63,708 bases of DNA from the sequence record SRR31156797_886; one strand, written 5' to 3'. The notes beneath the pieces are model-generated. The model was not told the DNA's origin, searched no databases, and saw only the letters and a program-made list of their open reading frames with translations. Shown in pieces: positions 19,466 to 27,712 of this stretch; the stretch's first letter is position 1; each line of letters opens with the position of its first letter. A program made the translations under genes and the position numbers.

Positions 19466-21094
19466 ATGAATAAGATTTTTACACTCACTTTTACTTTGAT
19501 CATCACATTATGGATATCACAAATTCAGGCACAGGATCGGCCCGACTGGGAAGGTGGTGTCCCGGAAGGTTGCACAACTATTACCTGCGGAAAACTGGCC
19601 ACTCAGGATGGTTCAGTTGTAACTTCACACACCGACGATAGCCACCGAACACGTTCGTGGATTGATGTGATTGAACCCGCAAACCATAAAAAGGATGCCA
19701 CCGTTCCCATGTACAAGCGTGTTCCCTGCGACACTTTTGCCATGCCTACTTATGCACACAATAAAATTGGTGAAATACCACAGGTTAAAGAAACTTACGG
19801 TTACCTGAATACAGCATATCCCTGCATCAATGATCAACAGCTTGCCATTGGCGAATCAACCTTTGGCGGGCGGCCCCAACTGCAATCCGACAATGGCCTT
19901 ATCGACTGCCAGCGGCTCTGCAAATTGATGTTGGAGCGATGCTCCTCTGCAAGAGAAGCAATTGAAATGGCCGGTGAACTCACACAGGAATACGGCTGGA
20001 ATGATGCCGGTGAATGCCTCACCATTGCAGATAAAACAGAGGTTTGGCACTTCGAGATCGTTGGTCCTGGAAAAGGTAAAAAGGGCTCCATTTGGGTGGC
20101 ACAACGTGTACCTGACGAACATGTGGCTGTAAATGCCAACGCCAGCACCATCAAAGAAATCAACCTGAAAGACAAAGATTTTTTCATGGCTTCTGATAAC
20201 ATTTTTGATATGGCCATTGACAGCGGATGGTGGAAAAAAGATGAGGAACCTTTCCGGTTTTGCTATGCCTATGCACCGAACAGCCGCACTTCAGTTGCTG
20301 CACGCCGTCGTGAGTGGCGCGTCTTCGATCTGCTGGCACCCTCGCTAAACCTGAACCCCACTTCAGAAAACTATCCCTTTTCTATTAAGCCTGACAAAAA
20401 AGTAAGCATGCAGGATATCGTAAATGTGTTTAAGGATTATTACCAGGGCACGCCTTACGATATGCGGCGCAATATCACCACCAAAGATGAAAATGGTGAA
20501 CAGATAATTTCGCCCCTTGCCAATCCTTTTATGCCTTACGACGAACTGGACATCATGGACGTGAGCGGTGGCTGGTACCATACCTCCGACGACGGACATA
20601 TCCGTTTTCTTGGAGAACGTACCATTGCCCGCTGGTACACCATGTATGCCACCATTATTCAGTGCCGCGACTGGCTACCCGACGAAATTGGAGGTGTGGT
20701 ATGGCTGGCCATGGATAATGTTGCTTCTTCGATTTACATACCGGTATATTGCTCGGTGATCGATTTACCGGAATCGTACAAAACGCCGGGACGTCCAAAT
20801 GGTTACACCACAGAGTCGGCATGGTGGGCTTTCAACAGGCTGGGAACCTTAACAGCTCAGCGCTGGGGAGATATGCACCATGATGTGGATTCGGTATGGA
20901 ATCCCTGGCAAAAACAACTTTTTGAGGAGCAGGCTGCAATCGAAAAGCAGGCCCTTGACATGTATGATCCGAAAAAGCCCGGTGAAACCCGTGAATTCCT
21001 GAACGATTACACCAACCAATGGGGTATTGAAGTGGTGGATAAAGCCTGGAAGCTCGGTGATTTTATCTGGACAAAATATGATGAGAAATTCTAA
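19466..21094 (+). CDS. C69-family dipeptidase (Ntn hydrolase), secreted
   Basis: Signal peptide then GCTT..G..ATQDGS (nucleophile Cys), LAIGESTFGGR, GECLTIAD..EVWHFE, WVAQRVPD, SAWWAFN. Start at M19 (19466). Confidence 0.9.
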   Translation: MNKIFTLTFTLIITLWISQIQAQDRPDWEGGVPEGCTTITCGKLATQDGSVVTSHTDDSHRTRSWIDVIEPANHKKDATVPMYKRVPCDTFAMPTYAHNKIGEIPQVKETYGYLNTAYPCINDQQLAIGESTFGGRPQLQSDNGLIDCQRLCKLMLERCSSAREAIEMAGELTQEYGWNDAGECLTIADKTEVWHFEIVGPGKGKKGSIWVAQRVPDEHVAVNANASTIKEINLKDKDFFMASDNIFDMAIDSGWWKKDEEPFRFCYAYAPNSRTSVAARRREWRVFDLLAPSLNLNPTSENYPFSIKPDKKVSMQDIVNVFKDYYQGTPYDMRRNITTKDENGEQIISPLANPFMPYDELDIMDVSGGWYHTSDDGHIRFLGERTIARWYTMYATIIQCRDWLPDEIGGVVWLAMDNVASSIYIPVYCSVIDLPESYKTPGRPNGYTTESAWWAFNRLGTLTAQRWGDMHHDVDSVWNPWQKQLFEEQAAIEKQALDMYDPKKPGETREFLNDYTNQWGIEVVDKAWKLGDFIWTKYDEKF

Positions 21095-21096
21095 CC

Positions 21097-21321
21097 TAAA
21101 AAATTCATGAATTTTTTACTCTGCCGGCAGAAAAGCCGGCAGAGCCGAATTTCTTCCAGAAATTCGAGGGTTAGCCCTCGAAAATATTTTTTCAAATATT
21201 TTCGGCCTTTGGTGATTAATTCACAAATTCTCTGATTTTGTGAATTAATCAGGCTAATTTGTTAGTTAAAGTTATCAAACGTTCAAAGCCTCCGAACAAC
21301 ATTACGGGGGCTTTGATGTTT
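21097..21321. repeat. Chain of about seven adjacent inverted repeats including a perfect four-way junction
   Basis: Palindrome 21097-21118; 10-bp stem 21119-21144; four-way junction 21144-21206; 15-bp stem 21213-21251; stem ~21278-21321 followed by a T-run. Confidence 0.85.
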
Positions 21322-21338
21322 TTGCAAAAAATCTTTTT

Positions 21339-22505
21339 ATGAGAGGTTTCAGGTTAGCCATTTTTCTCACCATATTTTTCCTGCTTTACGGATCACTCAA
21401 TTTTTATATCTATTCAAGTACAGTTAAGGCATTGCGCTATTTTGCCCCGGGCTTTGGTGAACAAATTTTCCTTGGTTTTTTCTGTGTGATGGTTTTTTCA
21501 TATCCCATCGCCAGGATTTTCGGGAAATGGCTTCCATTGAAATGGTCAGATTTTCTCGCGTTTGTTGGCGGATTATGGTTTGCGGCCATGCTTTACCTCA
21601 TCCTGTTACTCCTGCTGATCGATATTATCGGGATTTTAACTTCATTATTTCCGGTAATAAACACGGCAATTGCCAATAATCTGAAAATCATAAATACCAT
21701 ACTTTTCATGGTTACCTCACTGGCCATTTTAACCTTAATTATTTACGGATATTTAAATGCCGTAAAGCCCCAAATTAGAAAGGTCGAACTTTCTATCGAT
21801 AAAACACCACCCGACCTGAAATCACTGCACATTGCCTTCGCTTCCGATATTCACCTCGGGCATGTGATCGGAAAAAAGTCACTGAACAGAATCATAGCTT
21901 CAATAAATAACCTGAAGCCTGATTTGGTGTTGTTCCCTGGTGATATAGTTGATGAAGAACTTAAACCTGTAATCGATAAAAATCTTGGGTCTGCTTTCCA
22001 AACTTTGCACCCCAGGTATGGTGTTTTTGCGGTAACCGGAAATCACGAATTTATTGGTGGAGCTGATCCGGCAGTTGAATATCTTTCAAGTTTTGGCATC
22101 CGCTTTTTGCGTGATGAAATGATGAATATTGAGGACAAATTTTATGTCGCCGGACGAGAAGATATTAGTACTAACGCATTTTCCGGCAACCCAAGAAAAC
22201 CGCTTGAAAAACTACTCGAAGGTATCGAAAGGACATTACCTGTTATATTAATGGATCACCAGCCGATTGCCCTGGCTGAGACTAAAAATGAAGGAGTGGA
22301 TTTACAGGTATCAGGCCATACCCACCATGGACAAATGTGGCCTTTGCAAGCCATCACAAAACGTGTCTTCAAATTGAGTTGGGGGTACAAACAATTGGGT
22401 AAATCGCATTTTTATGTGTCTTCCGGAGCAGGAACCTGGGGACCAAGAATCAGGATTGGCAATCACCCAGAGGTTGTATCGATTAAATTGAATTTTCAGG
22501 GTTAA
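21339..22505 (+). CDS. Membrane-anchored metallophosphoesterase (YkuE/YaeI-like)
   Basis: Four N-terminal TM helices; SDIHLG, GDIVD, GNHE, DHQP, SGHTHHGQ motifs. Confidence 0.9.
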   Translation: MRGFRLAIFLTIFFLLYGSLNFYIYSSTVKALRYFAPGFGEQIFLGFFCVMVFSYPIARIFGKWLPLKWSDFLAFVGGLWFAAMLYLILLLLLIDIIGILTSLFPVINTAIANNLKIINTILFMVTSLAILTLIIYGYLNAVKPQIRKVELSIDKTPPDLKSLHIAFASDIHLGHVIGKKSLNRIIASINNLKPDLVLFPGDIVDEELKPVIDKNLGSAFQTLHPRYGVFAVTGNHEFIGGADPAVEYLSSFGIRFLRDEMMNIEDKFYVAGREDISTNAFSGNPRKPLEKLLEGIERTLPVILMDHQPIALAETKNEGVDLQVSGHTHHGQMWPLQAITKRVFKLSWGYKQLGKSHFYVSSGAGTWGPRIRIGNHPEVVSIKLNFQG

Positions 22506-22619
22506 CCAAAATTTTGCCAATCATCTCACGTTAAGTTAATATTTTCAGTCAACCCAATTACATTTTCTAACTCACACAAATCCAATACTTTCCAGCTATT
22601 TAAAATGAGTTCAATTTCA

Positions 22620-22713
22620 TTTATTAACTAACTGTAATATTGATAGTTAATAAATCCTAAATTTATTTCGCGATTAGGCATTGATACCAAACAAATAAAT
22701 GTATGTACATTTG
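22620..22713 (+). promoter_or_regulatory. korAB promoter with upstream inverted repeat (candidate operator)
   Basis: TTTATTAACTA-N13-TAGTTAATAAA (22620-22654) and -7 box TACATTTG (22706-22713). Confidence 0.5.
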
Positions 22714-22738
22714 TTGCCTAAAAAACAAAGTCAATATA

Positions 22739-24589
22739 ATGACGGTTAACAAAGAAAATATCAAGGAATTAGAAGAGGTCGTCATCCGATTTTCAGGTGA
22801 CTCAGGTGACGGAATGCAACTCACCGGAACGCTCTTCTCTGATACTTCAGCTCTCCTGGGAAACGACTTAGCCACATTTCCGGATTATCCGGCTGAAATC
22901 CGGGCGCCACAAGGTACTGTTGGCGGAGTATCCGGTTTCCAGGTTCACTTCGGCCATTCCGAAGTTAACACACCAGGTGATTACGCCGATGTGCTTGTTG
23001 CCATGAACCCGGCTGCTCTAAAAGCCAATTTGAAATGGATTAAACAAGGCGGTACGATAATCATTGATATTGACAGTTTTACGGAAAAAAATATCGAACG
23101 AGCAGGATGTGTTAAAGATCCATTGATGCAGATCGGTTTTCGTGATTACAATATTATAAAGGCTCCTATTTCAACACTAACACGGGAATCGTTAAAAGGG
23201 CTTAACCTGGACACCAAAAGTATTTTGAGAAGTAAAAATATGTTTGCACTTGGAATGGTTTACTGGCTATTCCATCGTCCACTTGAGTTCACCCAGAAAT
23301 TTTTTGAAGACAAATTCAAGAAAATTCCGGTTGTGATCGAAGCCAACAAAATTGTTCTCAAAGCAGGTTATTACTATGCTGAGACCATCGAAGCACTTCA
23401 CCCTTCGTATAGCGTTGCACCTGCTAGTATCCAAAAAGGTACCTACAGAAACATAAACGGAAACACGGCTACAGCATGGGGACTCATTGCGGCTGCAGAA
23501 AGAGCCAATCTTGAGATTTTCCTCGGCTCCTATCCAATCACCCCTGCCAGTGAAATCCTACAGGAGCTTTCAAAGCGCAAAGATCTTGGTGTCAAAACTT
23601 TCCAGGCCGAGGATGAAATTGCAGGAATCTGCACAGCCATTGGAGCCAGTTTCGCAGGAAAACTTGCTGTAACCACAACATCAGGCCCGGGCCTTTCATT
23701 AAAAACCGAAGCCATTGGTCTGGCCGTTATTGCAGAGCTTCCGCTGGTTATTGTAAATGTGCAACGTGGTGGCCCATCAACTGGTCTTCCAACCAAAACT
23801 GAACAATCAGACCTCATGCAGGCACTATATGGCCGTCATGGTGAAAGTCCTTTGGCAGTGGTTGCTGCAAGTTCCCCTTCAAATTGTTTTGAATTTTCAT
23901 ACGAAGCAGCCCGTCTTGCCGTAGAACATATGACACCTGTGATTCTGCTTACCGATGGTTTCCTTGCCAACGGTTCTGAACCATGGAAAATACCCGACGT
24001 CGACAACATGCCAGATATTACGCCTCCAATTGTTGAGGAAGGTGCTGAGGATTATCAGCCCTATCGCAGGCTAAATGAAGATATGCTACGCGGATGGGCT
24101 GTTCCGGGCACCAAAGGGCTTGAACACAGGCTTGGCGGATTGGAGAAAATGGCCATTACCGGAAATGTATCTTATGTCCCTGAAAATCATCAGGTAATGA
24201 CCTATGAAAGGGAAAAGAAAATTAACCAGATGGTAAACAGCATTCCTGATATTAAAGTACAGGGTGATCTCGACAGCGACCTGTTGCTAATAGGTTGGGG
24301 TGGTACTTATGGACATTTGTACACTGCATTTCGTGATCTGAAGAAAGCTGGAAAGAAACTCGCCTTTGCCCATTTCAATTACATAAAACCGCTCCCTGCA
24401 AACACCTACGAGGTACTTAAATCCTATAAAAAGCTACTGGTTTGTGAATTAAATCTGGGTCAATTTGCAAATTATCTCAGGCTTAATTTCCAGGATCTGG
24501 AGTTTATGCAGTATAACAAAATACAGGGATTGCCCTTTACGGTTGGCGAATTAATAGAAAACATAACCAAAGCGCTCGAGGAGAAATAA
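22739..24589 (+). CDS. korA: 2-oxoacid:ferredoxin oxidoreductase subunit alpha
   Basis: VIRFSGDSGDGMQLTG, YPAEIRAPQG, SYPITPAS, QAEDEIA, TSGPG, QRGGPSTGLPTK. Start at M13 (22739). Confidence 0.93.
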   Translation: MTVNKENIKELEEVVIRFSGDSGDGMQLTGTLFSDTSALLGNDLATFPDYPAEIRAPQGTVGGVSGFQVHFGHSEVNTPGDYADVLVAMNPAALKANLKWIKQGGTIIIDIDSFTEKNIERAGCVKDPLMQIGFRDYNIIKAPISTLTRESLKGLNLDTKSILRSKNMFALGMVYWLFHRPLEFTQKFFEDKFKKIPVVIEANKIVLKAGYYYAETIEALHPSYSVAPASIQKGTYRNINGNTATAWGLIAAAERANLEIFLGSYPITPASEILQELSKRKDLGVKTFQAEDEIAGICTAIGASFAGKLAVTTTSGPGLSLKTEAIGLAVIAELPLVIVNVQRGGPSTGLPTKTEQSDLMQALYGRHGESPLAVVAASSPSNCFEFSYEAARLAVEHMTPVILLTDGFLANGSEPWKIPDVDNMPDITPPIVEEGAEDYQPYRRLNEDMLRGWAVPGTKGLEHRLGGLEKMAITGNVSYVPENHQVMTYEREKKINQMVNSIPDIKVQGDLDSDLLLIGWGGTYGHLYTAFRDLKKAGKKLAFAHFNYIKPLPANTYEVLKSYKKLLVCELNLGQFANYLRLNFQDLEFMQYNKIQGLPFTVGELIENITKALEEK

Positions 24590-24591
24590 AA

Positions 24592-25605
24592 ATGGAAGAA
24601 CAGGTAAAGATATCTCCAAAGGAATTTAAAAGCGACCAGGAAGTCAGGTGGTGTGCAGGTTGCGGTGATCATGCAGTGCTAAGTGCTGTCCACCGTTCAA
24701 TGGCAGAACTCGGATTACCAAAAGAGAAATATGTAGTCATTTCCGGGATTGGTTGTTCTTCAAGGTTTCCTTATTATATGAACACATATGCGATGCATAG
24801 TATTCATGGACGGGCAGCTGCAATTGCCTCTGGTGTTAAGGTTGCTAACCCGGATTTAAATGTCTGGATAGTTTCCGGAGATGGCGATAGTATGGCTATT
24901 GGTGGAAACCATTTTATTCATTTGATCAGGAGGAATATCAACCTCAATTTATTATTGCTTAATAACCAGATTTATGGCCTCACCAAAGGCCAGTACTCTC
25001 CTACTTCACATGAAGGTCAGATTACCAAGACCTCTCCTCATGGAACTATAGAGCCACCATTTCATCCTGGTGAACTGGTTATAGGTGCACAAGGCAAATT
25101 TTTTGCACGCTCAATAGACAATAACCTGAAGCTTACAACTAAAATCCTTACTGAGTCTGCCAAATTTAAAGGTACATCCGTTGTTGAGATCCTTCAAAAT
25201 TGTGTGATTTACAATGATAAGGCTCATGGTTATATTACGGACAAAGCGCACAAAGAAGACAGGCAATTAATTCTGGAGCATGGCAAACCAATGATCTACG
25301 GGAAAGAAAAGGATAAAGGAATCATCCTTGATGGCCTTAGTCTGAAAGTAGTGAAAATGGGTGAAAATGGGATCACTGAAAAGGATATTCTGGTTCATGA
25401 TAAATATACCCAAAATCCATTGTTGCATTTAATGATTGCCAACATGACTTATCCGGATTTCCCGATTGCTCTAGGTATTATCCGCGAAGTTAAAACCATG
25501 ACATACGATGAAAAACTTGAGCAACAAATTGAAAATCAAAAAGGTAATACTAAGATCAAATCAATTAAAGACCTGCTTTACAGCGGAAATACCTGGCAGG
25601 TTTAA
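24592..25605 (+). CDS. korB: 2-oxoacid:ferredoxin oxidoreductase subunit beta
   Basis: WCAGCGD, SGIGCSSR, HGRA, TPP-binding GDGD...NN, YGLTKGQYSPT. Confidence 0.93.
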   Translation: MEEQVKISPKEFKSDQEVRWCAGCGDHAVLSAVHRSMAELGLPKEKYVVISGIGCSSRFPYYMNTYAMHSIHGRAAAIASGVKVANPDLNVWIVSGDGDSMAIGGNHFIHLIRRNINLNLLLLNNQIYGLTKGQYSPTSHEGQITKTSPHGTIEPPFHPGELVIGAQGKFFARSIDNNLKLTTKILTESAKFKGTSVVEILQNCVIYNDKAHGYITDKAHKEDRQLILEHGKPMIYGKEKDKGIILDGLSLKVVKMGENGITEKDILVHDKYTQNPLLHLMIANMTYPDFPIALGIIREVKTMTYDEKLEQQIENQKGNTKIKSIKDLLYSGNTWQV

Positions 25606-25622
25606 AGTTTGATTTCAAGGAT

Positions 25623-25660
25623 AAAAAAAGTCCGGATCTTTTGAAGATCCGGACTTTTTT
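25623..25660. terminator. Bidirectional intrinsic terminator between korB and the convergent OMP gene
   Basis: 17-bp stem AAAAAAGTCCGGATCTT/AAGATCCGGACTTTTTT with a 3-nt loop. Confidence 0.85.
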
Positions 25661-25686
25661 GTCACATTTTAATAGCGTCAATAATA

Positions 25687-26403
25687 TTAAAACCGGTACT
25701 TTAAAGATATTCCCAACTTTGGTCCGTTAAGTGAAATATTTTCTATCACTTCGGTTTCAGCATCCGGTTGATCAGGGTCTGGATTTATAATCTGCTTAAC
25801 AAAACCCTGCTCATATTCACCTTGCTTGTATTCAGCAAAAAGATCTATGGAGAAATTTTTAGATAATGACAACTCCAGGCCAAACAATCCGGAGAATAAT
25901 GCCGATGTACCATTTACCGGTTCCGGATTTTCTTTATCCTCAAAATCGAGGCTGTATTGAATAAACAAATATTCACCACCAACCCCAACATACGGAGTTA
26001 TAATCCACAGTTTTACCGGCTCGGCATAATATATCAGATCGAGAGAAACCGGATTTCCTGTTAAAAGCATATTTGTTTTCCCATAGGATGGAATCACAGA
26101 TTCAGCCCTAGTTTGCCAATAACCAATTCCCAGTTTTGCAGACAGGTTTTTTATCAAGGTAACTTCAACAAAACCATTGGCAAAAATATTTGTCGAAAAA
26201 TCCGCATTCCTAAATAGAGAATTTGTGTCATTTTTCCAATAATCCAACTCAGGATCATAAACTCCAATGCTAAGTCCAAAACTCCTAAGCTTAAAGTTTT
26301 CACTGGTATCATCATTTTCCTGAGCAATCAAAGTCCCTTTTGAAAAAGTAAAAACCAGCAAAACTCCAAAGAGCAGGATTTTTGATAAATTATTAATTGC
26401 CAT
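25687..26403 (-). CDS. Small outer-membrane beta-barrel protein (OmpA/OmpW-like 8-strand type)
   Basis: Signal peptide, alternating amphipathic strands, ITPYVGVGG motif, C-terminal LKYRF. Confidence 0.75.
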   Translation of the reverse strand: MAINNLSKILLFGVLLVFTFSKGTLIAQENDDTSENFKLRSFGLSIGVYDPELDYWKNDTNSLFRNADFSTNIFANGFVEVTLIKNLSAKLGIGYWQTRAESVIPSYGKTNMLLTGNPVSLDLIYYAEPVKLWIITPYVGVGGEYLFIQYSLDFEDKENPEPVNGTSALFSGLFGLELSLSKNFSIDLFAEYKQGEYEQGFVKQIINPDPDQPDAETEVIENISLNGPKLGISLKYRF

Positions 26404-26445
26404 GAAATTTCAGAAATAAATTAAAAGTTGCGTTAGGTTTACAAC

Positions 26446-26480
26446 AAAAAAAAGCATGGAACATTGCTTATTCCATGCTT
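26446..26480 (-). terminator. Intrinsic terminator after the lipoprotein gene
   Basis: A8 run with stem AAGCATGGAA/TTCCATGCTT. Confidence 0.7.
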
Positions 26481-26505
26481 CTTTTGAAAAATTATTTTAT
26501 TAGAA

Positions 26506-27660
26506 TCAACCTCCCCATCCCTGGTGGTGGCAATATGTTTCTTCAACTTTCCACTGGAAAACTTCCATTGGGATCTGTGTTACATTCTCAATAAATTCAC
26601 CGGTGTAATGATAAACTTTATAGTTTGTTAATTTACAACGGGTAAACAATTGTTGTGCATACAGGTAACGAGGTCCAATACACCTTGTATCAATTACTTT
26701 AAAGTCAACAGGGTTTGCGCCAAATTCAATCATATTATCTAGAGTTGAACTTTGAATATCTGTAACGTATACAAATGTTCCACAAGCACCTTCGCTACAT
26801 GTTTCTGATTGGCCGGATAAAATGTAAGCAGACCACCCTGTTTCTCCAACAAGACGATATCCTGTAAACATATACCAAATTGAGAAATGAGGCATTTCAA
26901 AAGTAGCCATAGTACGGTCAGTATTGAGCTGTCCTTCAATGATTTCCCATTCCTGTGTGTTTTCATTGAAGCTACCTAGTAATATCGGAGACTCTCCGTC
27001 GATAACACTCTGGATGGTTACGGGCACTTCAAGAACTGGTTTTGCATCAGCAGGGAATTCCAGGTCAGGTGAAAAGTTAAAACCAGATTGAATAGCTCTT
27101 TCACCCAGTACAACAAACTCACCGAATTTTGCTGGTGCGGGTACATAAGTTGTAGTTACATCAGTGTTCGATGCAACAGCGCCTTCCGGGAATGTAATTG
27201 TAGCTGCTGAATTAAAATCACTCTCAATTGTAATTTGAGTTAATCCTGTGGAAACTGTTTCCGTTTGACCAAGCTGGTTTAAATAAAAGTTTTGCTTGGT
27301 CACAGCGATAATATCTTCAGGAGTTTGTTCAACTTCAATTACGTTGCTTTGAGCCAAATAACCGTTTTTTGAAGCGGTTACTATATATGTACCAACCTGA
27401 TTTCCTTCCAAAGTAAGTTTACCGGATTCGGAAGTAAATTCCTCCATTATACCATCCGGGTAAATCACTGTAACATTCAGGTCGCTCAAAAGGTCTCCCT
27501 GAGTACCATCATAAACGGCAATTTTTAACTCATTCAGGGTTTCAGGGTTGGGCTCAGGCCAATCTGAAGTTCCTACCTTCTTACACTGTGTAAGCGATAA
27601 CAACATTACACCTGCCAGAAGGAGGACAGCGTAAATCGGTTTGTAAAACTTGGTTTTCAT
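26506..27660 (-). CDS. Lipoprotein with N-terminal beta-sandwich (carboxypeptidase-regulatory/DUF3869-like), ZU5-like domain ending HFS, and Cys-rich C-terminus
   Basis: Lipobox LTQC; GTYIVTASKNGY; ITFPEGA...FSPDLEF...NTQEWE...MPHFSIW; ends CHHQGWGG. AAAAGGAG upstream of the ATG. Confidence 0.6.
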   Translation of the reverse strand: MKTKFYKPIYAVLLLAGVMLLSLTQCKKVGTSDWPEPNPETLNELKIAVYDGTQGDLLSDLNVTVIYPDGIMEEFTSESGKLTLEGNQVGTYIVTASKNGYLAQSNVIEVEQTPEDIIAVTKQNFYLNQLGQTETVSTGLTQITIESDFNSAATITFPEGAVASNTDVTTTYVPAPAKFGEFVVLGERAIQSGFNFSPDLEFPADAKPVLEVPVTIQSVIDGESPILLGSFNENTQEWEIIEGQLNTDRTMATFEMPHFSIWYMFTGYRLVGETGWSAYILSGQSETCSEGACGTFVYVTDIQSSTLDNMIEFGANPVDFKVIDTRCIGPRYLYAQQLFTRCKLTNYKVYHYTGEFIENVTQIPMEVFQWKVEETYCHHQGWGG

Positions 27661-27712
27661 TGTTACTCCTTTTTTATTGTTACTTTTTATTATTTACAAA
27701 TCTAAAAAACTT

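Noticed and set aside
21144-21206. tRNA-like cloverleaf
   Set aside because: Only 63 nt, loops of 3-4 nt, no anticodon loop, no TTC/T-loop or D-loop consensus, no CCA.
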